Shown piece by piece: positions 53,024-64,000 of a stretch of 64,000 bases of DNA. This DNA is from Octopus vulgaris (lineage: Eukaryota), in contig OX597819.1 in assembly GCA_951406725.2 (NCBI GenBank), forward strand, positions 126,914,001 to 126,978,000, in the 5' to 3' direction. The translations under genes were made by a program, and so were the position numbers. The notes below the pieces were generated by a model. That model did no database searches, had not been told where the DNA came from, and saw only the letters and a list, made by a program, of their open reading frames with translations. How positions within the stretch are numbered: the stretch's first letter is position 1; each line of letters starts with the position of its first letter.

Positions 53024-53767
53024 GCGCTTGTACGGTCGCACATTGGCGCACTTGATGCCATCTTTGAGAACGAGCGGGGCAAAGATGGCAAGAATGGAGA
53101 CGATGAAAGAAGTCACCCCCACCTGGTGGACGCCCGGGAGGAGGTTTTGAATGAGAAACCTGCTAAGGAAGTGAACCCAGGTGCAAGTTCTCCAACCGGC
53201 AGCAAGGGCCATGGAGACGGAGAACCCGGTGAAGAGGTAGAGGGAGGAAGAAGAACTAAAAGAAGGACTGGAAGAGCTAAAGGAAAAGAAAAAGCTCAAG
53301 CAGGACCAAAGAGTGAAACAACCAGGAATAGAAGTGGAACCGCAAAGGATGGAACCAAACAGCGCACACGGGTGTGTATGTTCTACCTGAGAGGTTCCTG
53401 CTGGCATGGAAAGGAAGGTGCAGGCTGCCGCTTTGCACATCGGGGACCCTGCCACAGAGACACGAGGCAGATGGACAAACCATCAACACAAAGAAAAGGG
53501 ATGGACCACGCACCACCTGCCCCAAAGCGGAGGTACGCAGATGTTGTGCGCGCCACAAACAGCCAACATGATGTTGTCGAAAGAGCAGCTGCTGAGCAAC
53601 AATCTTTTTTGTGCATGGCACAAAAGATTGTACAGCAGCTGACCTGGCTTCATCAAACCCAAGCTCGCAGGTGGGACTACCCACTATATACCAGACCACC
53701 ACAGCAAACAGACACAGGATGGACACCGCCGGCAACAACGTACACCTCACCTCGATACTCCTACTGA
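53024..53767 (+). CDS. LINE ORF1, probably 5'-truncated; basic low-complexity region plus CCCH-type zinc finger
   Basis: Frame is open from the (TA)n junction; contains CMFYLRGSCWHGKEGAGCRFAH (C-x7-C-x8-C-x3-H); no in-frame ATG before the finger. Confidence 0.75.
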   Translation, partial: ALVRSHIGALDAIFENERGKDGKNGDDERSHPHLVDAREEVLNEKPAKEVNPGASSPTGSKGHGDGEPGEEVEGGRRTKRRTGRAKGKEKAQAGPKSETTRNRSGTAKDGTKQRTRVCMFYLRGSCWHGKEGAGCRFAHRGPCHRDTRQMDKPSTQRKGMDHAPPAPKRRYADVVRATNSQHDVVERAAAEQQSFLCMAQKIVQQLTWLHQTQARRWDYPLYTRPPQQTDTGWTPPATTYTSPRYSY

Positions 53768-56715
53768 ACATCAGAGGACTGCAAACACTCAGTAACAGGA
53801 CAAAGATCCCGTTCCTGAGATACTTTGTTGCATGCAATCAAGCCTTATGCATAGCACTTACAGAAACGCACCTGAAACCGGACATAGCAGATGCGGAGTT
53901 ACACATACCACAGTATGCTGTACTACGGACCGACAGGAAAGAAAGGAGTCATGGAGGTGTTGCTATGTACATCCGTGAGGACCTCACACCCCAGGTCCTC
54001 TTGTCATACTCAAACTCGGTGTGTGACACACTAATTGTACATATTAGGCAACTTGATATAGTTGTGTGTGCTACATATCGCCCTCCAGATGCCCCAAGCC
54101 ATGTGGGCAAGTTTGAAGACTGCCTTATAAAAATAGAAGAAATTCTAACCACATTAGAACAACACATAGGTGTGCTTCTTATGGGAGACTTCAATCTGCC
54201 CAATGTCAGATGGCTCGAGGGCCTTTCTCTCCCAGGAATGACAAGATGTGAACGAGGACAGGCGAGGTCCCTCCTGAACCTCATCAACACCCTGTACATG
54301 GAGCAGGTAATCCTGCAACCAACCAGGGCAGGTAACACACTGGATCTCTGCTTCACAAATGACATGGATCTCATCCATAATGTGAAAGTGACACCGACAC
54401 TACTCTCGGATCACAACATGATAGAGCTGACCATGTACGGGCCAAAAGAGAGCACGGACATGCAGCCTACAAGAAACCCTCAAAATCTTTCCAGCTTGAA
54501 CTACCATAAGGCAAACTGGAAACAAATTGAGAAAGAGATCCTCAAACAAAACTGGCCTGAATGTCTCTCCTCGCCAGACATCGACGTGAAACTTCAACAA
54601 TTCATGTCTGTAATGCAAGCCATATGCTACAAATGTGTCCCAGAGAGAAAGGCCACTGTACACAAGAACAAAATCCCCAGAGAGAGGAAAATTTTAATGA
54701 GACGGCGTACGAAATTTTCAAATCGCCTAAACAAACAGATTGAAAGCAGTGAAAAGTCCCGCCTAAAAATAAAACTGTTGGAAATCGAAAAATGTCTGCA
54801 ACTCTCCCATGAAAAAGAAAGAGCAGACAAAGAAGCCTGGGCTATAGAAAACATAAAATCTAACCCCAGAGCTTTCTACAGGTATGCTAAAGAAACAGCT
54901 ACAGTGCACTGTAGAATAGGGCCACTCCTCGAAAAGGATAGCACACTTACAGGAAAACCAATGAGGGTAAGTGAAATACTGAATGAGCAATTCAAGAGTG
55001 TTTTCACTCCACCCCTTGGGCATCTCCAAATCACCAATCCAACTGACTTTTTTACCACTGCAGATATAAAATCAGAGGCGGCGACGATAGATTACATCGA
55101 TATAAAGGAAGACGATGTAACCAAGGCTATAGATGAAATGAAAACAGACTCAGCTACTGGCCCCGATGGATTCCCGGCAATCCTCCTAAAAGCATGTAAG
55201 AGAGTCCTAGCAAGACCACTGCAGTTCCTCTTTCAGAGCTTCCTTGCAGCTGGCAAACTTCCAGGAAAACTGAAGGAAGGTAAAATATGCCCCATTCATA
55301 AAGGAGGTAGCAGAGCGGAAGCCAAGAACTATAGACCTATCTCTCTGACCTCACACATCAGCAAGGTCATGGAACGAATAGTCAGAAGGAAGCTGATCAC
55401 CTTCCTTGAAGAGAATGACTTGCTGCCCGACACCCAACATGGTTTCCGACCAGGGAGAAGCTGTTTAACTCAGCTCCTACAACACTATGACTGGGTGCTG
55501 AAACGGCTGCTCAACCACTCAAATGTGGAAGTGATATATCTCGACTTTGCAAAGGCCTTTGATAAAGTCGATCATGGAATGATATGTCACAAACTGCGTG
55601 ATCTCAACATAGTTGGAAAACTGGGAGAATGGCTTCATGACTTTCTGAAGGATAGAAGTCAGGTGGTAGTAGCCAATGGGGCCACCTCCATTAACACACA
55701 AATAGTGAGCGGTGTTCCGCAGGGCACTGTTCTGGGACCACTACTGTTCATAATGGCCCTCTCAGACATGCCCTCAGCCACGCAGAGAGCCACGATCACA
55801 AGTTATGCAGATGATACAAAAGTTTCACAGGCAATACAGAACCCTGAGGACACTAAACACCTGCAATGTGAGCTGGACGAAATATACAAGTGGGCTGAAA
55901 AGAATAGCATGCAGTTCAATGCTGGAAAGTTTCAAGCTTTATACTATCAGCATGCAAAACTGAATGCAATACCCAATGAATACACTGGACCCGGAGGGAT
56001 TGCAATCCCAGAGGCACAATCAGTGCGTGACCTGGGTATTCACATGAGTGATGACGCGACCTTTCATGTACATGTTGCTAAACTGACAATGAAATGTAGA
56101 CGGCTGGCTGGATGGATTCTTAGAACCTTTAGAACAAGAGAACAAGAAACCATGATGGTCCTCTGGAAGACACTTGTCCTAAGCCACTTTGACTATTGCT
56201 CTCAGCTATGGTCACCATCCAGTGTCAAGTTGATCACAGAACTTGAGGCGATCCACCGAAGCTACACAAAGAAGATAGCCTCTATGCAGAATGTAAGCTA
56301 CTGGGAAAGACTCAAGAGATTAAAATTATATTCCCTGGAGCGTAGGCGGGAAAGATATGCCATAATATACATCTGGAAGATCCTGGAGGGAAGTGTCCTG
56401 AACTTTGGCATCGAGAGTTACGCAAATGCCAGAACTGGGCGCCACTGCGTGGTGCCTAGGACTCCAAACCTGCCATCAAGATGTAGGACAAGATTCTGTG
56501 ATAGCCTGGGCTTCCGAGGCCCACAGCTCTTCAATATCCTCCCGAAGAACCTGAGAGACCTGCATGGGGTGGATACAGATGTCTTTCAAATGAAGCTGGA
56601 TCTCTTCCTGTCAGGTGTCCCAGATGAACCAACTTCACGGCAGGAGGGACAGATGAGGGCAGCTGCATCGAACTCTCTCATGCACCAAATAGCAGTCGCT
56701 AGAAAGCCTCCATGA
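53611..56715 (+). CDS. LINE ORF2: apurinic-like endonuclease plus reverse transcriptase, intact frame
   Basis: 1034-codon frame with APE motifs ([28 protein letters not shown]) and RT motifs ([42 protein letters not shown]). First ATG is at 53719. Confidence 0.96.
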   Translation: MHGTKDCTAADLASSNPSSQVGLPTIYQTTTANRHRMDTAGNNVHLTSILLLNIRGLQTLSNRTKIPFLRYFVACNQALCIALTETHLKPDIADAELHIPQYAVLRTDRKERSHGGVAMYIREDLTPQVLLSYSNSVCDTLIVHIRQLDIVVCATYRPPDAPSHVGKFEDCLIKIEEILTTLEQHIGVLLMGDFNLPNVRWLEGLSLPGMTRCERGQARSLLNLINTLYMEQVILQPTRAGNTLDLCFTNDMDLIHNVKVTPTLLSDHNMIELTMYGPKESTDMQPTRNPQNLSSLNYHKANWKQIEKEILKQNWPECLSSPDIDVKLQQFMSVMQAICYKCVPERKATVHKNKIPRERKILMRRRTKFSNRLNKQIESSEKSRLKIKLLEIEKCLQLSHEKERADKEAWAIENIKSNPRAFYRYAKETATVHCRIGPLLEKDSTLTGKPMRVSEILNEQFKSVFTPPLGHLQITNPTDFFTTADIKSEAATIDYIDIKEDDVTKAIDEMKTDSATGPDGFPAILLKACKRVLARPLQFLFQSFLAAGKLPGKLKEGKICPIHKGGSRAEAKNYRPISLTSHISKVMERIVRRKLITFLEENDLLPDTQHGFRPGRSCLTQLLQHYDWVLKRLLNHSNVEVIYLDFAKAFDKVDHGMICHKLRDLNIVGKLGEWLHDFLKDRSQVVVANGATSINTQIVSGVPQGTVLGPLLFIMALSDMPSATQRATITSYADDTKVSQAIQNPEDTKHLQCELDEIYKWAEKNSMQFNAGKFQALYYQHAKLNAIPNEYTGPGGIAIPEAQSVRDLGIHMSDDATFHVHVAKLTMKCRRLAGWILRTFRTREQETMMVLWKTLVLSHFDYCSQLWSPSSVKLITELEAIHRSYTKKIASMQNVSYWERLKRLKLYSLERRRERYAIIYIWKILEGSVLNFGIESYANARTGRHCVVPRTPNLPSRCRTRFCDSLGFRGPQLFNILPKNLRDLHGVDTDVFQMKLDLFLSGVPDEPTSRQEGQMRAAASNSLMHQIAVARKPP

Positions 56716-56802
56716 AGTGAAACCAAGTAGCAACACCAAATGGCGGTGCCCCAGCATGGCCACAGCTCATAAGCTGAAACTAGAATCAATCAATCAATCA
56801 AT

Positions 56803-57480
<678 letters not shown>

Positions 57481-57484
<4 letters not shown>

Positions 57485-58280
57485 TGATTGATTGATTGAT
57501 TCCAGTTTCAGCTTATGAGCTGTGGCATATGCTGGGGCACCGCCATTTGGTGTTGCTACTTGGTTTCACTTCATGGAGGCTTTCTAGCAACTGCTATTTG
57601 GTGCATGAGAGAGTTCGATGCAGCTGCCCTCATCTGCCCCTCCTGCCGTGAAGTTGGTTCATCTGGGACACCTGACAGGAAGAGATCAGCTCCATTTTAA
57701 AGACATCTGTATCCACCCCATGCAGGTCTCTCAGGTTCATCGGGAGGATATTGAAGAGCTGTGGGCCTCGGAAGCCCAGGCTATCACAGAATCTTGTCCT
57801 ACATCTTGATGGCAAGTTTGGAGTCCTAGGCACCACGCAGTGGCGCCCAGTTCTGGCGTTTGCGTAACTCTCGATGCCAAAGTTCAGGACACTTCCTCCA
57901 GGATCTTCCAGATGTATATTATGGCATATCTTTCCCGCCTACGCTCCAGGGAATATAATTTTAATCTCTTGAGTCTTTCCCAGTAGCTTACATTCTGCAT
58001 AGAGGCTATCTTCTTCGTGTAGCTTCGTTGGATCGCCTCAAGTTCTGTGATCAACTTGACACTGGATGGTGACCATAGCTGAGAGCAATAGTCAAAGTGA
58101 CTTAGGACAAGTGTCTTCCAGAGGACCATCATGGTTTCTTGTTCTCTTGTTCTAAAGGTTCTAAGAATCCATCCAGCCAGCCGTCTGCATTTCATTGTCA
58201 GTTTAGCAACATGTACATGAAAGGTCGCGTCACCACTCATGTGAATACCCAGGTCACGCACTGATTGTGCCTCTGGGATT
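57481..58280 (-). mobile_element. 5'-truncated copy of LINE family 1, inverted relative to 53024-56806
   Basis: Near-identical reverse complement of about 56004-56806 including the (ATCA)n tail; small frameshifting indels. Confidence 0.95.
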
Positions 58281-58281
58281 A

Positions 58282-58315
<34 letters not shown>

Positions 58316-58443
58316 TATATATATATCTATATATCTATATATATATATATATATATATATGCATATATATATCTATATATCTATATATATATGCATATAT
58401 ATATCTATATATATATCTATATCTATATATGTATATATATATA

Positions 58444-58502
<59 letters not shown>

Positions 58503-58525
58503 ATATATCTATATATATATATGTA

Positions 58526-58568
<43 letters not shown>

Positions 58569-58789
58569 TCAATATAGGGTGGCGAAAAAATTTTGTAGAA
58601 TTCTTTTGCCACCAGCGGCCTAGTAGGAAAAAATTAAATAGTCATAGACCATTTTTAAGTTTAACATCAACAATCAAGGAACGGCCATAATAGGCCATTC
58701 ACCCACTAGAAATAACAGCCAAAGCTTCAACCGCAAATAAAAGTTAATTCTGTAAACCAGGAGAAAAATTAAAAAACATTTACCCTGTA

Positions 58790-58896
58790 ATTTCTTATAC
58801 GATATACCGTTTCATCTGCTGATTAATGGTAAACTAACCTGATTAAATTAAATCAAGCCAATCTTCCACAGGCCCTCAGATTCATCAGTAAGAAAT
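58790..58896 (-). ncRNA. Canonical type I hammerhead ribozyme motif, unit 1
   Basis: Minus strand atttctta-CTGATGA-atctg..cagat-GAAA-cggtatatcg-TA-taagaaat: 8-bp stem I, 5-bp stem II with a long structured loop, short stem III, GUA triplet. Confidence 0.9.
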
Positions 58897-59281
58897 AGCC
58901 CAAGTCGGAACAGATATTTTCACGAGGCATTTCCGACCTTGCCAAGTTTATATCTGACCTAAAATTTTCAAATCGTCGCACTCGCGCCAAATTTATCGGC
59001 AGCAAATAAATATAAGCCGTCGATTCCATTACGGAATTAACCAGAAAATTCATAATTAATCAATATAGGGTGCCGAAAAAATTTTGTAGAATTCTTTTGC
59101 CACCAGCGGCCTAGTAGGAAAAAATTAAATAGTCATAGACCATTTTTAAGTTTAACATCAACAATCAAGGAACGGCCATAATAGGCCATTCACCCACTAG
59201 AAATAACAGCCAAAGCTTCAACCGCAAATAAAAGTTAATTCTGTAAACCAGGAGAAAATTTAAAAAAACATTTACCCTGTA

Positions 59282-59388
59282 ATTTCTTATACGATATACC
59301 GTTTCATCTGCTGATTAATGGTAAACTAACCTGATTAAATTAAATCAAGCCAATCTTCCACAGGCCCTCAGATTCATCAGTAAGAAAT
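59282..59388 (-). ncRNA. Canonical type I hammerhead ribozyme motif, unit 2
   Basis: Same sequence as 58790-58896, 492 bp away. Confidence 0.9.
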
Positions 59389-59907
59389 AGCCCAAGTCGG
59401 AACAGATATTTTCACGAGGCATTTCCGACCTTGCCAAGTTTATATCTGACCTAAAATTTTCAAATCGTCGCACTCGCGCCAAATTTATCGGCAGCAAATA
59501 AATATAAGCCGTCGATTCCATTACGGAATTAACCAGAAAATTCATAATTAATCAATATAGGGTGGCGAAAAAATTTTGTAGAATTCTTTTGCCACCAGCG
59601 GCCTAGTAGGAAAAAATTAAATAGTCATAGACCATTTTTAAGTTTAACATCAACAATCAAGGAACGGCCATAATAGGCCATTCACCCACTAGAAATAACA
59701 GCCAAAGCTTCAACCGCAGATTAGTTTACCATTAATCAGCAGATGAAACGGTATATCGTATAAGAAATTACAGGGTAAATGTTTTTTAAATTTTCTCCTG
59801 GTTTACAGAATTAACTTTTATTTGCGGTTGAAGCTTTGGCTGTTATTTCTAGTGGGTGAATGGCCTATTATGGCCGTTCCTTGATTGTTGATGTTAAACT
59901 TAAAAAT

Positions 59908-60373
59908 GGTCGACTAGAAAAGCTAAAACTTTATTCTCTCCAACGTCGTCGTGAGCGCTACATCATCTGCATGATGTGGAAAATATTCCATCAGCATTGC
60001 CCAAATGATGTTGGCATCACCTTTAAGGTACATCCAAGGCTTGGGCCCCGTGCCATCCGCCCAAAACAAAAATCGCACTCTCACCTCATAACAACAATAC
60101 GGCACAATTATTTCACCTCAATTGGCCCCGCTCTCTTTAACATTACACCAAAACACATTAAAACAGAAACTGACCCTATAGGGTTCAAGAAGTCTTTGGA
60201 CAGATTCCTTCAAGAAATCCCGGATAAACCCCTACACCCGGATATGTCTCTGTAAACAATAACTCTCTACTTGAGTGGGCCATAGTGCCCAAATTCTGAC
60301 TTAAAAGACTTCACCAGGTGGTGCTATTAAGTTAGACATGGCCTGGGCCAATAATGGCCGAAACCTATCAAAG
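59908..60373 (+). mobile_element. 3' fragment of a second CR1/L2-group LINE (family 2)
   Basis: [17 protein letters not shown]..; near-identical to 61592-62058; ends in tatcaaag then (TA)n. Confidence 0.92.
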
Positions 60374-60420
60374 TATATAGTATATATATATATATGTATG
60401 TATATATATATATATGTATA

Positions 60421-60468
<48 letters not shown>

Positions 60469-60613
60469 TATATATATATATGCATATATATGCATATATA
60501 TATATATCTATATATATATGCATATATATATATATGTATATAGTATATATATATGTATGTATATATATATGTATATATATATATGTATATATATATATGC
60601 ATATATATATATG

Positions 60614-60795
<182 letters not shown>

Positions 60796-60807
60796 TATAT
60801 ATATATA

Positions 60808-61012
<205 letters not shown>

Positions 61013-61029
61013 CAAGCCCATATAAGGCA

Positions 61030-62073
61030 TGTGCTATTCTTCATCATTTACATTAATGACATTAATGACATCATCAAGCACAGCAACATAAAAATCTTTG
61101 CAGATGACTCCAAGATACAGAAGGTCATAAATGAGGCGAGTGACCGGACATGCCTTCAGTCAGATCTACTGGCTGTTATCCAATGGGCAGAAAAAAACAA
61201 TATGCTGCTGAACGAGGATAAATTTGAGCTAATCCACTTTGGAAAAGAGGATGCCCTGAAACTCCCATACTCCCTTCCTTCAGGTGAAACTCTCGCGGCG
61301 TCCAACAACATCAGAGACTTGGGAGTAATTGTGGACAACAACGTAAGCTGGGCCACTCATATAAACACCAAAGTTGACATGGCCCGCAGAATGTGTTCCT
61401 GGATTCTCAGAACTTTCCAGTCGAGAGATATCCACACCATTATCCTTCTCTTCTCCACTTTTGCCCGACCCCACCTTGAATACTGTTGTCCACTGTGGTC
61501 TCCCCACACAATACAAGGTATCAAAAAAGTCGAAGCACCTCAAAGGGCAATCACAAAAAAGATAGATGGCATGACAGGCCTCGACTATTGGGGTCGACTA
61601 GAAAAGCTAAAACTCTATTCTCTCCAACGTCGTCGTGAGCGCTACATCATCTGCATGATGTGGAAAATATTCCATCAGCATTGCCCAAATGATGTTGGCA
61701 TCACCTTTAAGGTACATCCAAGGCTTGGGCCCCGTGCCATCCGCCCAAAACAAAAATCGCACTCTCATCTCATAACAACAATACGGCACAATTATTTCAC
61801 CTCAATTGGCCCCGCTCTCTTTAACATTACACCAAAACACATTAAAACAGAAACTGACCCTATAGGGTTCAAGAAGTCTTTGGACAGATTCCTTCAAGAA
61901 ATCCCGGATAAACCCCCTACACCCGGATATGTCTCTGTAAACAATAACTCTCTACTTGAGTGGGCCATAGTGCCCAAATTCTGACTTGAAAGACTTCACC
62001 AGGTGGTGCTATTAAGTTAGACATGGCCTGGGCCAATAATGGCCGAAACCTATCAAAGTATCAAAGTATCAAA

Positions 62074-62074
<1 letters not shown>
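61030..62074 (+). mobile_element. 5'-truncated LINE family 2 (RT C-terminal half, open frame to stop at 61984)
   Basis: [36 protein letters not shown] motifs; (TATCAAAG)3 tail; (TA)n on both sides. Confidence 0.94.
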
Positions 62075-62655
<581 letters not shown>

Positions 62656-62931
62656 CTACAATAGAGTAAATGTATGTGGGTATATTTTATTACTGCAAAA
62701 GGATTATAATCTTTCACAAAATATTTTAATGTTTACATCGTTTTATAATTTTGTCAATATCTATTTATAAAAACGAAATTCCGTCTATTCTACACTGCCG
62801 ATATCATTTTAGTTGTCGATGACGAAATTAAGTTGACAACGGAACTGAGATTGACTGTCACGAAATTGAATTTGACAAAGAGGAGTTTGAGATTGTTATT
62901 GAGTTTGCTCTCATATACACATACACGCACG

Positions 62932-62989
<58 letters not shown>

Positions 62990-63253
62990 AATAATGAGGG
63001 AGATAAATTAATATTAATTTCAATATCAATTTAAAACCAGTAGTCTAGCATACCAAAAATCTGAGAAATCAGAGAAAATTCAAATATATGTGTATATTGG
63101 CAGGGCAAGACTGCTAGGTAGTCGGCCGTATGCTAGAAATAGATCACCAACCATCAAACTACAAAGAAAGTTTTCTAGAGGAAAAATTCAGCGAACACCA
63201 GAACCAAATTTGGCGGGGAGGACAGATGAAAATTCATATAAAAAACAGAATTA

Positions 63254-63330
63254 ATTGCATACCTCGGTTTCGGCCTTTAACAAAAGAATTACTTACATAA
63301 TTCAAATGTCCGTGACCTCATCAGTACAAT
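63254..63330 (-). ncRNA. Type I hammerhead ribozyme motif (family iv)
   Basis: Minus strand attgta-CTGATGA-ggtc..ggcc-GAAA-ccgagg-TA-tgcaat; all core nucleotides present, GUA triplet; lies within repeat 62990-63380. Confidence 0.8.
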
Positions 63331-64000
63331 CGTTCAGTGTAAATGCAATCTGAAAAACAAACCCCAGCTTTCTGTGCCAAGACAGACACGTGCTTAGTTT
63401 TACCGATTACATTACGTGTGTGTATGTGCATCATTTTAAATTACTCAAACTTTGTTATAAAAATTCTTTCTAAATTTGGCACAAGGCCAGCAGTTTGAGT
63501 ACATCAATCTCAGTATATGGCTGGCACTTTATTTTATCGAAAGGATGAGAGGCGAAGTCAATTTCAGCGGGATTTGAACTGAGAACATAAAGTGTCGGAT
63601 AGAAATTTTGCCCAAGGTGTTAACGATTCTGCCAAGTCGCTGCTTTAAACCTTGTGCAATAAGACGCCTCCAAAACCAATGCCAATGACACAATTAGGAA
63701 TACAGCTACTCAATGCAACAAAGTTCACCATTTTTTTTTCTGTTGATAACAAATATATAAATAATCACTGACAGAAAATTGTAAATTCGCCAAACATCAC
63801 AGCGAAATCTGGAAAATATTTTCACGTATAATCATAGCTAAATGCTAGATAGAAACAAAGACATCTAAGAAAGTTAGCCTGCATTTCTGAGTGTTATTCT
63901 GTTGGTTAAAATCGCTGCGAGATATTGCCATATAGCAAAAAAGAAAAAAACGGAAGTGAAAAAGTCAATTTTCAATGAGATTTCTTCTACTCTCTGCTCT

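Larger units (their letters stand above)
58561..59911 (-). mobile_element. Retrozyme-like tandem array: 491- and 492-bp units, a partial third unit and an inverted partial unit (HHR family iii)
   Basis: Units start at 58561, 59052 and 59544; inversion from about 59720 to 59911; one HHR per full unit. Confidence 0.85.

Noticed and set aside
58853-59545. Duplicated 66-aa ORF in each tandem unit
   Set aside because: Duplicated only because the unit is; it overlaps the ribozyme and has no recognisable motif, so coding function is unsupported.

Overview
AT-rich, microsatellite-dense animal genomic DNA, most likely octopus/coleoid cephalopod (inferred from the SINE repertoire, not proven). The only host protein-coding sequence I can support is the last two coding exons of a Pax2/5/8-type gene (3830-3916 and 5751-5827, + strand). 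A perfect 21-nt complement of its last exon sits in the preceding intron and is a candidate A-to-I editing or splicing duplex. The rest is repeats: at least four tRNA-derived SINE families, a near-complete CR1/L2-group LINE with an intact APE-RT ORF2 and a candidate -1 frameshift site, several truncated LINEs (CR1/L2-group, R4/Dong, Tx1-like), a decayed mariner, a non-autonomous Helitron, and TIR elements carrying telomere-like repeats. The most striking signal is a set of type I hammerhead ribozyme (HHR) motifs from several unrelated non-coding repeat families, arranged as palindromes or tandem arrays. One is a 491/492-bp tandem array with one canonical HHR per unit (retrozyme-like) that is fused to a LINE 3' end. 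All calls were made by eye; nearly all ORFs in the supplied track are microsatellite artefacts.
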